Shown piece by piece: positions 39,001 through 54,000 of a stretch of DNA of 64,000 bases. Every line of letters begins with the position of its first letter. Within the stretch, counting starts at the first letter, position 1. Source of the stretch: Azolla caroliniana. Lineage: Eukaryota; Plantae; Polypodiophyta. The notes below the pieces were generated by a model. That model ran no database searches. It saw nothing but the letters and a program-made list of their open reading frames with translations, and was not told the origin of the DNA. The position numbers and the translations under genes were made by a program. Where the stretch lies: positions 8,680,001-8,744,000 of the forward strand of contig JBHGNT010000011.1 of assembly GCA_043228905.1 (NCBI GenBank), read 5' to 3'.

Positions 39001-42000
39001 CAGACCAATGCAAACCATACAGTGTTTTTACAACACAAGGAGCATACTACATTACTTGCGATGTATGTGGATGATATAATTATCACAAGTAACGATGAAG
39101 AAGAAATTGTGCAATTGAAGGTGAAATTGGCTAAAGAGTTTGATGTGAAGGATCTAGGATTGCTACGATACTTTCTTGGAATTGAGGTAGCTCATGGAGT
39201 AGGAGTTGTTCTATCTCAGCGAAAATATGTATTAGATCTTCTCACAGAAATTGGAATGTTGGGTTGTAGGCCCATAGCTTCTCCAATCGACCAAAAGATC
39301 AAGCTGACTGAACTTGCAGGAGAGAAAGTTGATCGTGAAAGGTATCAAAGATTGGTAGGTCGACTAATTTACTTGACTCATACCCGTCCAAATATTTCAT
39401 TTGCAGTAAGTGTGGTAAGTCGTTACATGCATGATCCGAGGAAAGATCATATGGATGCAGTGTACCATATTTTGAGATATCTCAAAGGTGCCCCGGGGAA
39501 GGGATTGATCTTTAGAAAACATGGTCATTTTAACATTGAGGGCTATTGTGATTCTGATTGAGCCAGTTGTGCTGATGATAGGAAATCCACATCAGGATAC
39601 TACATGTTTGTTGGGAGCAATCTGGTCTCTTGGAAGAGTAAGAAACGGGTAGTAGTAGCAAGGTCAACAGCTGAAGCAGAGTATAGAGCTATTGTTGTAA
39701 GAGTTGCGGAGATGTTATGGCTGAGAACTCTCCCAGTAGAACTAAAGGTGAATCAAAAAAATCAGATGATGTTGTGGTGTGACAATAAGTCAGCAATCAG
39801 CATTGCCAACAATCCGTACAGCATGATAGGACCAAACACATCGAAATCGACAGATTCTTTATCAAGGAGAAGCTTGATAATGGAATATTAAAATTGGGTC
39901 ATGTTTCTATTGAACATCAAGTAGAATATTGTCTTACAAAGGGACTTGGGCCAGTAAGTCTTACTAGATTGTGTGACAAGATGGGCTTAGTGGATATTTT
40001 TCGCCCATCTTGAGGGGGAGTGTTGAGAATGATTAAAAGTCATAACGGCTAGCCCAACGGCTAGTTAGCCCAATGGCCAGATCTTGGCGTTTATAAAGAG
40101 GAACCTTCTCCTCATGTAAAAATGAGCGATCTCTGTATTTTCTCCCTCTTGTTGTGACATACCAATGTATATTACTGAACAGATGGGCCTTCTCATTTTT
40201 TAATTATATGTAAAAAGAAAAGAAAAAAGCAAGAATTGTAAAGAAACGAGTGTGATTCTATGCAAAAGATGGACCATGGCTTATCACATTAGACATCCCT
40301 AGTTACATTCCCATCATGCAGCATGTCTGCAATCGTGCTCTCAGCGGAATAGATTAAGGATGTGTGCTATGTGTGTGTGTGAAAGAGGAGAGAAGAGAGA
40401 CACAAGATAGATAGATAGGAAAATGAGGTACTCAAGATGGATGTCTGTATTAATAAGTGGAGAACAATTACAAGGATATGAACATTACAAAGGAGATTAA
40501 CCAACATTTTACAAAGTCGGAGGGTGGTTTATATAAGATCACCCTCTCTCTACACTCTCTCACTAAAACGCCCACTCTCTCTCTAGAACCTTGGGGAATG
40601 TGAAGACTCATTAGTTATGGGGAATATGGAACTCATTAGTTACGTGTCATAGAATATGATTCTATGACACATAGTTAATGCGTAGAAAGTAGTGGTGACT
40701 TTTGAAAGAAGGAAGAATAGGAAGGCTAGAAGAAGTGAGAGGAGTCTTAGTAGAAGAAAGAGAGAAGAAGAAAGAAAGAAAGAAAGAAAGATATATTAAC
40801 GTCTTTTAAGAGGCCAAAATGGCCTATAAGACCGAATAAGAGATTACATCTTAAATGTTTTCTCGTCTTTGAGAACAAATCAAAATAAAGTAAATATTAC
40901 ACAGTAAATATAAAAGTAAATAAGATGAAAAGAAAAGAGACTCTGGTTTTTGGCACATGCGAGATTCTCAAGTTAGGTATATTGTAGTTTTTGTCTCCGA
41001 AAGATCTCTATCATAGGTCGATCCAGAATGGAAATGTCTCCAAAGCGAGGGAAGCACCTACGATGGCGGGAGATAATGGCTTTTATTTGTCGATGACAAG
41101 GGTGTCGAGGTCGTGGTCCATGGGGCCAGGGCCTACGTGCACGGCAAATTGCCATTGCCCGATCAATCGTAACCCCTTTGTTATATCCTGGTCTGGATCC
41201 CATTTCTGTATCCTGGGGTTGACTTCTAGCATTAGGAGTGATGGAGCTAAAGAAAGTTGTGATTGTTATTTGTGGATGAGCTTGTGTGGTTGTATTCTTC
41301 AATAACTTGTCCCGATGTCTCTTGAGCTCTCGCAAGAAAAGTCCTAGGCATCGTTGGTCCTCATATTCCATTACCTTGCGTAGTGGGCCAAAGCCTTGTT
41401 TAAAGAGGCAATGGTATCTCCCTCTGATTTCATAAAAGACACTACAATGACAAACATAGTGTTCTTCGGATTCCACTCCTTGATGACACAATTGGCAAAT
41501 TCTCTCTTCTAGAGGTAGTCGTGTATATCTGCCCACCTCAATCTGTAGCTGATGTGATGAAGTTCGCAGCTGCCCTATCACACTACGCAGGGTTAACAAT
41601 TGGAAGAAGGGTTGTTATTTTAAGAGTTCAAGAAGATTGTATTGTTTTCCTAATTGTATATTGAAGTATTCTTTTCTCTTCTTCTTCTTCTTCTCTTCTC
41701 TATCATTTTTCTATCTCTCCATCAGTATACACCAGCCAATTTCTTATGATGTTCATGGATGATTTTGCCATATTTCACTACAGTGTGGATCTAGTTTTGA
41801 GTACAATAAAACTGAATAAGTGCCATATTTCATAGACGGAAGTTCGGGTGTTTAGATTCATCGCATCAAAGGAAGATTCTTGTATGAATCCAGTTAAGTT
41901 CAAAGGCCTTCTACAGAAACCATTACCATGACCTTGAATAAATGCAATGTATCCACTCTTAAAAATAATTGTTTCCATGTTTCCTATTCTTTTGCCTGAC

Positions 42001-45000
42001 CTCTTCAACCTTTTCAAGGGGATTTATGTGGAAACTGGTTCCCTTGAATTCAAGTTCACACAGTTAAAGATTAATTAATAGCTTGAAGAATTCAGTCACT
42101 TAGTAAAGGAATTCAGCATCGAATTCTACCTCTCTAGCAAGTCCAAGAGCATGTAACTTGCGTGCAAGTGATTCTGCAACTTCAATAGTCACTTTTCCTG
42201 AACAAATAAAAAATCTTGTTAGGATTTATCTCTTCAAATCATGAAATAAAGGATTTCTATTAGAAGAATTATGAATCCTTGCAGTCATACATTGTGTTTC
42301 GAGTTGCATGCATACATACATGGGAAAGGATAAATCCCAGTTCCCATTGAGTCTTCTTTTATCTTGAGTTACATTTTATTGGACTGAAAAAATACAGATT
42401 TCTGCTTTTTTCTATAAATTATATTGTATAACTCAATTCTTATGCAACATCATAAGAGGTATACCAAATAAAGTTTTCAAACATGATCAGGATATTAACC
42501 TATACAATCCTAGTACATTGAAAACAAACAACTCTTCGAGAGAACAGTAAGATTTTACCTCCAACTGCATTTACTTCTATGGTATCCCCAATCCTTATCC
42601 CCTCTTCACCTGCATCTAGAATTGCAACATGAACTTGTTCCAGCATAGGCACTTTCATATCATCATATTCTTCATAAATGTCAATAGAATGCCAATCTAA
42701 ACTCTCTGATCTAATGTGATCCTGTGAATCACATTTATCTTCTCTCACAGGATTAAGAAACTGAGGATTGTTTGAAATCAAACTCTTCACTTGGACTAGC
42801 TCAGAGCTCCCAGGTACATTTCCTTCATGAGAACCTTCTGCGGGTGAAAAGTTGTAAAACTCTAATACAGCAAACTTGCTAGTATTCCTTGTGAGAATAC
42901 TTTCAAGAGACATTACTGCAGTGTGAGCTTTGACTTCAATACCCGGAAAACCTCTCTCTCTCCGCTGACCAAAGCCACCTTCTTCACATGTTGAACCAGT
43001 TCTAATTTTTGTTGCATGTGAATCTTCCGATGTAAATAAATCCCTCTTGCGTTTTCGCGTGGTCTCATCTTGATCTTTTTCACCGATCCCCTTTTGAGGT
43101 AGAAATGGTTCAATGGAAAGTCCACCAGATAATACATTGGAAAAAAGATGGAACAGCTCACCCCACTGTGGTTCAGGTCCTAAAGTCACCCAATCTTCAT
43201 CTAAATGTGATTTCATATTTTTGAGCCACAATTCAAATGTTTTAGAGTCGTAACTAGTAGTAAGGGCAAATGGAGATGAAGCTGAATTTTGATAGAATTT
43301 TGGCGAGAGCACAAAAGCATGGCATTGGTTCCCGACAGCCTACATACATCATAAATATCCACAGATAAAGCAATAAAACATTTTACAACAATTTTATTGA
43401 CAATTTCCTATTTACATTTCATAGCTTAGAGAAAGTGCTTAAAAACAATTCATTCTTAAAAAAATTCATAGGTTAGAGAAAGCATACCACCATAGACTGG
43501 TCCTTAAGAAAATTGAAAGCCATGAAAACATCAGCTTCCTTACATCGACGCAATGCATCCACTAAAACTTGTGATACTTCGGACTCCACAGCTGAGTTTA
43601 GAAAAACTAATTTTATCAGCTCTACAGCCACTGCTGCACCCACAGAGTTTTGTACCCTCTCACCACTACCAAAATCTTTCAACATGATTGGTCTTTGCAT
43701 TTTCTTCCGAACATTAAAACGATTCGGTCTGGTTCTAGCAGTAACAGAACTTTTCGTATTAGCAACAGTGTATACATTTGTTAAGTTCCCTCCCATTGTG
43801 TCATCTAAATCTTGCAGGACATTTTCTCTAAAGCCTTTATCATGACAAGTGTTATTGCCTGTCGCTGGAATCGAAAGTCTCACATCACTAGCCTCAAACC
43901 TATGAGGATCTATAATATTCGGAAAACTTTGCTGGCCAAATTGTGAGCTCCTTAGATTTAGGGAGGAAGTATCCGCACTTTTCTTCAAAGAGGTTGATCG
44001 TGCTGCAATCTTGCATCGAATAATATGATTGATAGCAGCATTAAGTGAAGGATCCTCAAAATCATCCCAGGCATAAACTTTACAAGCAGATGCTACTCCC
44101 AAATTTTCTTCACCCATAGAGTTGCCTGAGTCATTGTCTAATCCCTGACCCTCAGCATGGAAACGAAGATATTTTGTGTATCGTGTTGCAAGCAGGTTAG
44201 AGAGTGCCATCATAGCCTTCCGAACGGCAGGAATCATCTTAAGAACAACGCTTCTCCTGCTACATGTTTTTGGGGGTGCTGGTAACCCTGGTATTGTATT
44301 CCACTCCACACGATTGTATCTTGCACCTAGAATTGCTCTTTGTCTTGTATAACATGCAACAAGAACCCTAGAAAAGAAAAAAGAGAAGGAAATTTTTACA
44401 AATATAAAAAGTGGCAGAAAGCATGCTCATTTGTCATAAAATTTGGGCAGCTCACCTGTCTGCTGCATCTGTCCACATATATTTCTTCTTTCGAAAGGGA
44501 CGAAATTTTCTAAGTACAATCTGCGGGACAGAATTTGGCTGCACATCTTTTGAATCATTAATACCTGCAGGATTTCCTGTATCTTTGCTTTTCCCCGCTG
44601 AAGCTGATTCCTTTCCTCTGACAGATTGATGTTCTTCACAATGTCTTTTTGTAATTTCTAGCCTAACAGATTCTGTGTTACCATCAGTTGATGCTGGGCG
44701 TTTCTTTGCCATATTTCTAGGTCCTAATGCTATGTTTATCTGTGATGAGTTCAGAGAATCATCTTTTGAAATTTGGCTCTCCTGCAGTTTAATTCTTTGA
44801 TTCTTTTCATATGAAACTCCCAAAACCTGTCATAGGAAAGTCACCGAGTTTAAATGTAGTACACAGCCTGAACAAAATCTTTGAATAGAAACATCATATC
44901 TATCCCCTTTACTTTGCTAGCCAAGATTCAAATTCCAATTTACAAAGTACTTTTGTGTTCAAAATGATTTTGAAGAGATATTTATCTATTGGTGTGCAAG

Positions 45001-48000
45001 AACCAGGCAGGATATGGGATAGTTATGAGCACTTTTAGGATTTATTGTGTCAGACCTCTGCTCACATAGTATTGACTTGGAGCGAAAGAAACTTTCCCAA
45101 TGGGTGTTATTACGTTATCAAATGATCACCATTCAGGTTAAATTAAGCAATTATCATAGGCCTCAAAATAATCAGCAAATAAAATCCATAATAGCATGAA
45201 AAAAAACTACATTAACATCTCTTAAGAGGACAAAATAGCTTATAAAATTAGAGAACACGATTACATCATAAAATGTCTTCTCTTCTTTCATAATAAAAAA
45301 CCAAAATAAATACAACTAAGCATATGATAATACAATCTACATATCTAAGAACTTGATTCTAAATTAAGATAGACTTCTTTGAAAAATCTCCATTATGGGC
45401 CACTCCAAGTAGAGAGGCATCTGAAGTGAGGAAGCACCTCAGTTCGGGTAATAACGGCCTTTAATTCTCGGTGATGAGGATGAATAAACCATGATCCAGA
45501 TGGCAGTGGCCTAATTGCACTAAACACGTCCATTTCTTGGTTCATTGTAACCCATTTCAAGTGTCCTGGTCAAGAATCCACTTATGTAGTCCTTGTCTCA
45601 TTTGGAGGATGTATGATATGGCCCCAGAAACTCGTGATTATTCTTTACTGATCAGTTGTTGTGGTTCTAATGTTGTCCTTCAAGCAAGAACAGTCCCAAG
45701 CACCATTAGTCGTCATATTCCATCATCTTGCATAAGCAGGCCAAAGCGTTGTTTGAAGAGACAATTGTATCTCCCTCTTATTTCGTAAATCACACAACAC
45801 AGGGCCAAACATAGCGTACTTCCAATTCCAACCCCCCATGTCACCTTGGCATATTTCGTTCTTCCATAGGTTTGTACACATATCTTCCTATCCAATTTCT
45901 AACTAATGTGCAAAGGTCCCCAGTTGCTCTATCACATTAAGAAGTGACAGACAGCAAGCCCTTCTTAATCCCAGGAACAAACCAAACTGGGTCTTGTGTT
46001 AGCTCTTGACCATTTGCCATGGCCACTTGAACAACACCACGTCCTTCGATGTTGCAGGCATGGTTGGTGCCCAGGTAAAACTTCCCAAAATTGCCTGCAG
46101 AAAATGAGAGAAAGCACTCCTTAGAAAGAGTGCAATGAAAAGAGGCACTAGACTCAATTATCCAAGTCTACATGACAGAATCTTGTACATCTAATAACGC
46201 ATTTACTATAGCTGTATTGGTAATTTTAATTTCTGCAGCACACTATGTCCTCCCTGTCAAGAATCTCCTCGATGATGATTCCAAGTGCTATATTTGCCTT
46301 CTCCCTCTCTTTTCCTTTGTTATTGTCCACATCATGTGTCTTTCCTAATGTATCTTTCTGATTCTTCTTCCTTCTTTCAAGCTCTTGTTTGTAAAATCCA
46401 CAATCAGGCTTTTTATGCCCTTTACAGCCACACTGAAAGCAAGTGATTTCTTTCCCCCTACTTTTGCTTCTAGACCTTTACATTGACACATTCTTTGTTG
46501 CAGCTCTCCCTCTTGTTATGTTGGCAGAACTAGAAGGCCTTGAACTCGGTTGAGTAGTATTATTGGCCACCATCAGACCGTAAGCATCGACTCTTGCGAT
46601 TTGTCTCATTTTCCACACAATTCTTTAACTTGAGAAAGTGGGAGAAGACCTCACTTTTCAACTTCACCGGGCATATCCAGGTATGCCGCGAATAGTTGTC
46701 AATGAAGGTAACGAAGTACCTACACCCACCAATTGTCATTGTTTGAGCTGGGCCCCATACATCTGAGTGGATGACGTCCAGCAAGCCTTTACTCACATTT
46801 CTTTCACTTAGGAATGGATGCCCGCCTATGTTGCTTGCCTAGTTGGCACGCCTCACATACATTATCAAGATGTTTCAAAATAAATCGTGGCAATCCGTGC
46901 ACAGCCCCTTTTGTTTGCATTGATCGGAGTTTACCAAGGTTTACATGGCCAACCCTTTTGTACCACAACTCAATATCAGACTCCATCTTGAGTCCCTTTG
47001 CATAATTTGCTATGTTCACCTCTGTCGCATCAAGAATAAACATGTGACCTTCTCTTCTTGTATGAGCGATAAGTTGGCCTCTATCCTCGATGAAGCAACC
47101 TTGCTGGTTGAATCGCACTTGCATTCCTTGTTCGACCCTAAACCCTAAACCGAGACCAAATTCTTTGTGATTGTCGGCACATGCAATACATCCTTCATGT
47201 AGCCCTTGTTGTCGTGATTGTTAAGGGCCACATCTCCAATGTGCTCAATCATGTGTGTGGAGTCATCATCGGTCTCCACCACGCCGGGTCTCTCGGGTTC
47301 CCTCAAATTCATGAACCATTCTTGATGACTTGTCATGTGATTTGAGGCACCTGAGTCCATGAACCATACATCATCAGGTTGGGAAACACTTGTTATCATG
47401 CTATTCGCCCGGTGTCACATAACAAACATCGGCGCTTTGTTTTCTAGGTCAGCCATCACAGCATAGTTTGTTTGTTGCCGGGGTGAGGCAGCTGAGTCAT
47501 TCTTCTTCTTCCGACACTCGGCTTCAAAGTGGCCAGGCTTTCCACAATACCAGCACTCGGTTTGCTGGTTCTGCCTGGTTGATGCAGGCTCGTGCAAGCT
47601 CCCCTTTTTGCCGGAATTCCCTCGGCTGTTTCGGCCTTCTTGCTGCCTGGAATTAAAGTGTTGTGGACCTCATCCACCTCTTCCTCGGCCATTCCTCCCC
47701 CGATTTCCACGACCACGACCGTGACCTCGACCGAGATCATCATGTGTATATAGCATCTCTGCCCATCAAATGCCGTGCTTTTCGACCGTGTATGGTTCTC
47801 CTCAACCATTAGCATGGATTGCAAGTCGAAAAAGCTTGGGGGGTTCTCCCTTGTTGTTATGGCAGTTCGAAATGAGCCATATTTTTGTGCGAGGCCGCCA
47901 AGCCAAATATGCACCATCTCGTCATCATAAACTGCGACATTGATGGAGCCAAGTGAATCGCATAAATCTTTGATCTGGAGGATGTAGTCCGTCACGGACA

Positions 48001-51000
48001 TATCCCCCTGCCGAATATTGTTCAACTCCTGCCGGAGTTGAAGTTTTCTCGCTGTGGTTGAAGCCGCGAAAATCTTCTTCAAGTTTTTCCACGCTTTTGT
48101 TCGGGATTTCCCATCACGAATATAGTTTAACATGTGATCTTGCACACACGTTGCCAAACAATACATCACCCTACCGGCGCCTTGTTGCCATGTGGGGTAG
48201 TTGGGATTTGTACTATCGGGGGCTGTTTCTTCAGCTCCCTCGATATAACTCCAATACCCTTGCCCAACTAGGTATGGATGCATCTTATATTCCCAAGATG
48301 CATAGTTGTGCCTGTCCAACTTCTCTGCTGGAAGTGCGCTACCCATCTGTGCATTCATTTTTCTGATTTAGCTTGATTCATATGATCCTGTTAACGTGAG
48401 CCTCTTGCTGTGCAAAACTGCAGCAATGATAGCAAGTTTTAAAACAGCGTCTATAGCTGCTCAAACAGTTACAATGGTAGAGCTCAGTGAAGGATCTATA
48501 ACCCTCACGTTCTAATACCATGTAAAGAATCTAACTATAGTAGAGTTAAGTATTCAGGAGCGTAGTGTGTGTGTGAGAGAGAGAAAGAGTGAATGTATAA
48601 GCAAGAAAGAAACAAACAAAGATATATTAACGTCTTTTAAGAGGCCAAAATCGCCTATAAGACCAAATAAGAGATTACATCTTAAGTGTTGTCTCGTCTT
48701 TGAGAACAAATCAAAATAAAATAAATATTACACAGTAAATATAAAAGTAAATAGCATGAACAGAAAAGAAAAGAGGGAATCTGGTTTTGGCACATGTGAG
48801 ATCCTCAAGTTAGGTATATTGTAGCTTTTGTCTTCGAAAGATCTCTAGCATAGGTCGATCCAGAATGGAAATGTCTCCGAAGCAACGGAAGCCCCTACAA
48901 TGGCGGGAGATAATGGCTTTTATCTGTCGATGACAAGGGTGTCGAGGTCGTGGTCCATGGGGCCGGGGCCTACGTGCACGGCAAATTGTCATTGCCCGAT
49001 CAATTGTAACCCCTTAGTTATATCCTGGTCTGGATTCCATTTCTGTATCCTGGGGTTGACTTCTAGCATTAGGAGTGATGGGGCTAAAGAAGGTTGTGAT
49101 TGTTCTTTGTGGATGAGCTTGTGTGGCTGTATTCTTCAACAACTTTTCCCGATGTCTCTTGAGCTCTCGCAAGAAAAGTCCTAGGCATCATTGGTCCTCA
49201 TATTCCATTACCTTGCGTAGTGGGCCAAAGCCTTGTTTAAAGAGGCAATGGTATCTCCCTCTGATTTCATAGAAGACAGTACAATGACAAACATAGTGTT
49301 CTTCAGATTCCACTCCTTGATGACATGATTGGCAAATTCTCTCTTCTAGAGGTAGTCGTGTATATCTGCCTACCTCAATTTGTAGCTGATGTAATGAAGT
49401 TCGCAGCTGCCCTATCACACTACGCAGCGCATAGGATAGATGTATGTCCATGTAAGGTGTCCTAATGACAAATCTATCCTTCGATGTATGTAAGAAGTGT
49501 GTCTTATAGTGGGCCATCTTTGTATCAAGTAGTATTTTGGGGTTGATCTATGTTATCTAGTTTTCCAAGTTAATAATATCAGTTCGGATCACTCTATTCT
49601 TTTCCACATTGGTCATATTGAGATTGGGACAGTCCAAGCTATATTGGAACGGGGGCAGTGCATTTATACTCATGCCATGTGACTCGAACCATTGCTGCAT
49701 TTCAGCATACCAACAATGACTGTCTCCATTTTCAGCCAGTTGTCTTGATGACATAAGTGCCAACCTTGGGTACCTTCGTTTAGGGAGCTCCCAAAGACGT
49801 TGGATAAATGTCACTGATCGGAACAATGCCTCGGTTATTATAGGTGCTGCTCCCATCTCTTCCCGGATTATATGGTGGGGCACCGATGCTTTGCTCCTTA
49901 TCATGCGAGCAATCATTGACACTAAAGGTCTCTCTAAATCTTTCCAATGATTTGCCTTGTTAAGACTCGGCCCCCATGTTTCTACTCCATAGAGAAGAGT
50001 TGGTGTGACAAGTGTATCAAATAACCATAGCTTAGTCCGTGGCTCTTGAAACTGCAAATGTGCACATTGTCTCTCGAGAGCACCAAGGGCTTCATATCCA
50101 CGAGAAAGTCGGGCACAAGCGGCCTCCTGTAAGGAGAACCTAGGTCCTATAAATGTTACTCCTAGGTATGTGTAGGAGCGTGTGTATTCCACCTTTTCCT
50201 CTCCCAAGAAGAATTCTGGTTCTGATCTTGTTACCCATGCTTGGGTGGTGTTAAACACCATCACTTTAGTTTTATTCATGTTGATAGACAAACCTTTGTC
50301 CGTACAAAATAGTTTTAAGGCATTTAGATGCCTTTGTAGTCCCTCCGGAGAGTCAGAAATCAGCACAATATCATCAGCATATAGTAATATCTGTATAGCT
50401 ATACCTGCTATGTGCGCTCCGAAACCACCAAATCTCTCTATGTATTGTGATATCTCATCTATATAGAGACCGAAGAGTGTGGGGGGATAGTGGGCGTCCT
50501 TGCTTCACGCGAATTGTGCTAGCCACCGCCTCTAACAAGCCCTTAGGAGACCGAAGTTTTCCTGACACAGATTCATAGAGTGCATAGATTCCCCATTGCA
50601 TATCTATAGGAACACCAAGGGCTTCTAGCCGATGCATAAGCCGACCACGTGGCAGTGTCAAAGGCTTTTCGGAAATCCACAAAGCAGCAATAAATCCTCT
50701 TATTGTGGGCTCTGCCCTCCTCAATAAGGGCCCGGAGGGTGAATATGTGATCCAAAGTTGTGAACCCCTTCCGAAATCCTGCCTGTCCAATTGAACGACA
50801 GCCATTTTGCTCTGCCCATATACTCAATTCTAATTCTAGAATCGTGCCATATAGTTTAGCCATGTAATGGCCAATCATGATTGTCCTATAGTTGCTTGGC
50901 ATCATGGGGTCTCCACTCTTGAGGATTGGCACAATGGTATGCTGAGTCCATCTAGTAGGAAAACCTTCACACATGGCTCTATTAAAGATGTGTGCTAGCA

Positions 51001-54000
51001 ATGGGAGCAACTTGTCACGGGCATAGATAAAGTGTTCACCCACCAATCCGTCATGATCTTGGGCCTTCCCAAATTGTAGCCAATCAATGGCATTTCTTAC
51101 ATTTTGTGGTGTAAAGAAGGTTGATTTATGTGGGCGTGAGGCATTCGGGTGGGGAAGAGGAGGTTGCCCCGGGATATCATATAGGACCTTTGCATATTCA
51201 TGCCACACCTGAGGTGAGGTCAGTTGTGTGGTGAGCTGCCTCTCATTAAACATTTTCCATGCTCTTTTACTCTCTCGTCCTAGAAACAAGCGATACAAAT
51301 GATCTTCAAATTTAGCCAAATATAATCTCTTCTTCTTCCTTACGAGGCGTTGGAAGGTTGCTCTCGCTTGGTTGTGTGTATAAATGCCCCTACGCATGAC
51401 CATATGGAATTGCAACGGCTCTCTACGGACAGATGTCGGATATTTTGAAGATACATTTAAAAACACAGATATTGCTATATATACAGAGACTCACCAATGC
51501 ATGGCTAGCAAACTCCCCGAGGTACAAGGATATAGATGGGAGTCAATATGTCGCCCCCAACCTCGGACACGAGGAAGCACTAGCGGTTCGGGCGGAGTGG
51601 CTGTGCTATACAAAGAGGAGCTCCATGGTAGAGTGCATGTTGTCCATAAGGATGTGGATGGACGCTACATGTGGATATGCATAAAAAGAGGAGATCTTCG
51701 GGAGCTATATATTGCAATTAGCTACTTTCCACCTGCCTACTCAAGGTTTTGCACCTCTAGGTGAATTACCATATCTACCTCTATATGATGATATCATAAG
51801 ATTTGCTACTATGGGGGACATAATACTATTAGGAGATTTTAATGCACGAGCCAAGGATGAACAAACAACTATGTTTAACACCAACGAGGTTGTTTATGGA
51901 GAAGTTATGGTAGAAGAGGTTGGTCTAAAGAGAAAAGCTCAAGATATGAGTGCTATAACTGAATATGGAAAACACTTTCTAGCCTTGGGAAGCGCGCATG
52001 GATTTGTGATATATAATGGCTTGACACAATGACCTAGATCAGATGCTTTGACATGTTGGAACCCAAAAGGGGGTGCAAGCACAGTCGATTATCTAATGGG
52101 ACCTCCATCTCTTATACCTGAAATAAAAGTGTTCACTATGTTGGGAAGACCCTATTGGCTTGGCAGTTGATCATGCATATCTACGCTTTGAGGTAAAGGA
52201 TGGATGCACAAAGGATGTATATGCTAAGGAGAGTGGGCTGGCTAAGTATCTATTCACTCGCGAGACAATTGATGTCTATAGTTGTGTATACAATGGCATG
52301 CTAGATTTGGATCCTTTCTCACCCCTTGAAGAAGTTACCTAAGGTTTATCCAAATCATTGCATAAAGCAGCCACAAATGCCTTCCCTCACACAACGGCCA
52401 ATCCCCCCAAACTTGGTAGAGTAATACAAAATATTTGGTATGATGAGGAATGTCGTGATACAAGGATATGCTTGCAGCGTGATTCCAACGCCTCGTAAGG
52501 AAGAAGAAGAGATTGTATTTGGCTAAATTTGAAGATTATTTGTATCACTTGTTTCTAGGAAAAGAAAGTAAAAGAGCATGGAAAATGTTTAATGAGAGTC
52601 AACCTACCACACAACTGACCTCACCTCAGGTGTGGCATGAATATGCAAAGGTTCTATATGATATACCGGAGCAACCTCCTCTTCCCCACCCACATGGCTC
52701 ATTCCCACATGAATCAACCTTTTTAACTGCACAAAATGTAAGAAATGCCATTGATCGGCTACAATTTGGGAAGGCCCAAGATGATGATGGATTGGTGGGT
52801 GAGTACTTTATCTATGCCCGTGACACCTTGCTGCCATTGTTATCACACATCTTTAATAGAGCCATGTGTGAAGGTTTCCCTACTAGATGGACTCAGCATA
52901 CCATTGTGCCAATCCTCAAGAGTGGAGACCCCATGATGCCAAGCAACTTTAGGACAATCATGATTGGCCATTACTTGGCTAAACTATATGACTCAATTCA
53001 AGAATCAGAATTGAGTATATGGGTAGAGTGGAATGGCTGCCATTCAGTTGAATAGCGAAGCGCTGTGTAGAGAGAGAATGAGTGAGAGAACAGCGCCATA
53101 GCTGTGTGAGCTTAGACGCCAAGAGCCCTGTGTGGCTGATACACTCTGCACAAAGAGAGTGTTGTATACTGTCCCCTTTGTATTCTCCATTGTATAGCAG
53201 ATCTCTGTTCCCGTGGTTTTTCCCCATTTAGGGTTTTCACATAAAACTATGTATTCTATGCATTTGCTGTTTTCTGTTCTTCCGCGTTATTGTGTATTTC
53301 ACATTCGGTCTTCCTCACGAATCGCAAGGATCAAATTGCATCAATCTGGTATCAGAGCGAAGGTTAAAGATGGAAGGAGGTGTGAGTGGCTTCCCAGGTA
53401 TGATAGTTCTAAACTCTCAGAACTATGCAGATTGGAAGATAAAGATGGAAGACCTTCTCACAGTCAAAGACCTGTACGAGCCAATCGACAAAGCAGAAAT
53501 ACCCACGGGGGTATTAGGGTCTGAATGGAAACGTCTGAACAAAAAGGCGGTGGCCACCATCAGACAGTGTGTCGATGTAAGTGTCCTTCAGCATGTGGCG
53601 AACTATACAAATGCCTATGAGATGTGGCAAAAGCTATCGGGTCTATATGAGAGGAAGAATGCCCTCAACAAAACATCTTTGATGAGAAAGATTGTGAGGC
53701 TCAAATACAGGGACAGAGAAAGCATAGTGCAACACGTAATCACATTCATGGGGTATGTGAACCAACTTGCAGCGACCAAGTTTCCCCTTGAGGATGCAAT
53801 GCAGGCCATCCTGCTACTGTGTACCCTGCCGGACAGCTGGGAGAATCTAGTGGTGACTCTCAACACTTCATGTCAAGAAGAGAACTTGTCTCTACAAGCG
53901 GTAAAGACAAGCATCTTGAATGAAGAGACAAGGACAAGAGTATCTTGTCCCAGTCGGAGTCAAACTTGACTCAACAAACCGGCCGGCAACGGAAGAAACC

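Larger units (their letters stand above)
23566..40205 (+). mobile_element. Ty1/copia (Ale-like, family D), degenerate, hosting two younger copia and a LINE fragment, in GTF3C1 intron 13
   Basis: Short LTRs 23566-23755 and 40021-40205, TSD ATATG, PBS TGGTATCAGAGC 23756-23767, PPT TGAGGGGGAG before 40021. Gag KLDGPATYLSWSRR, CCHC, WIIDSGAS, integrase, RT YVDD and RNase H all present with stops and frameshifts. Confidence 0.92.

Noticed and set aside
40206-40766. Possible solo LTR or older element flanking family D
   Set aside because: LTR-like composition, but I could not identify termini, a TSD or a second copy.
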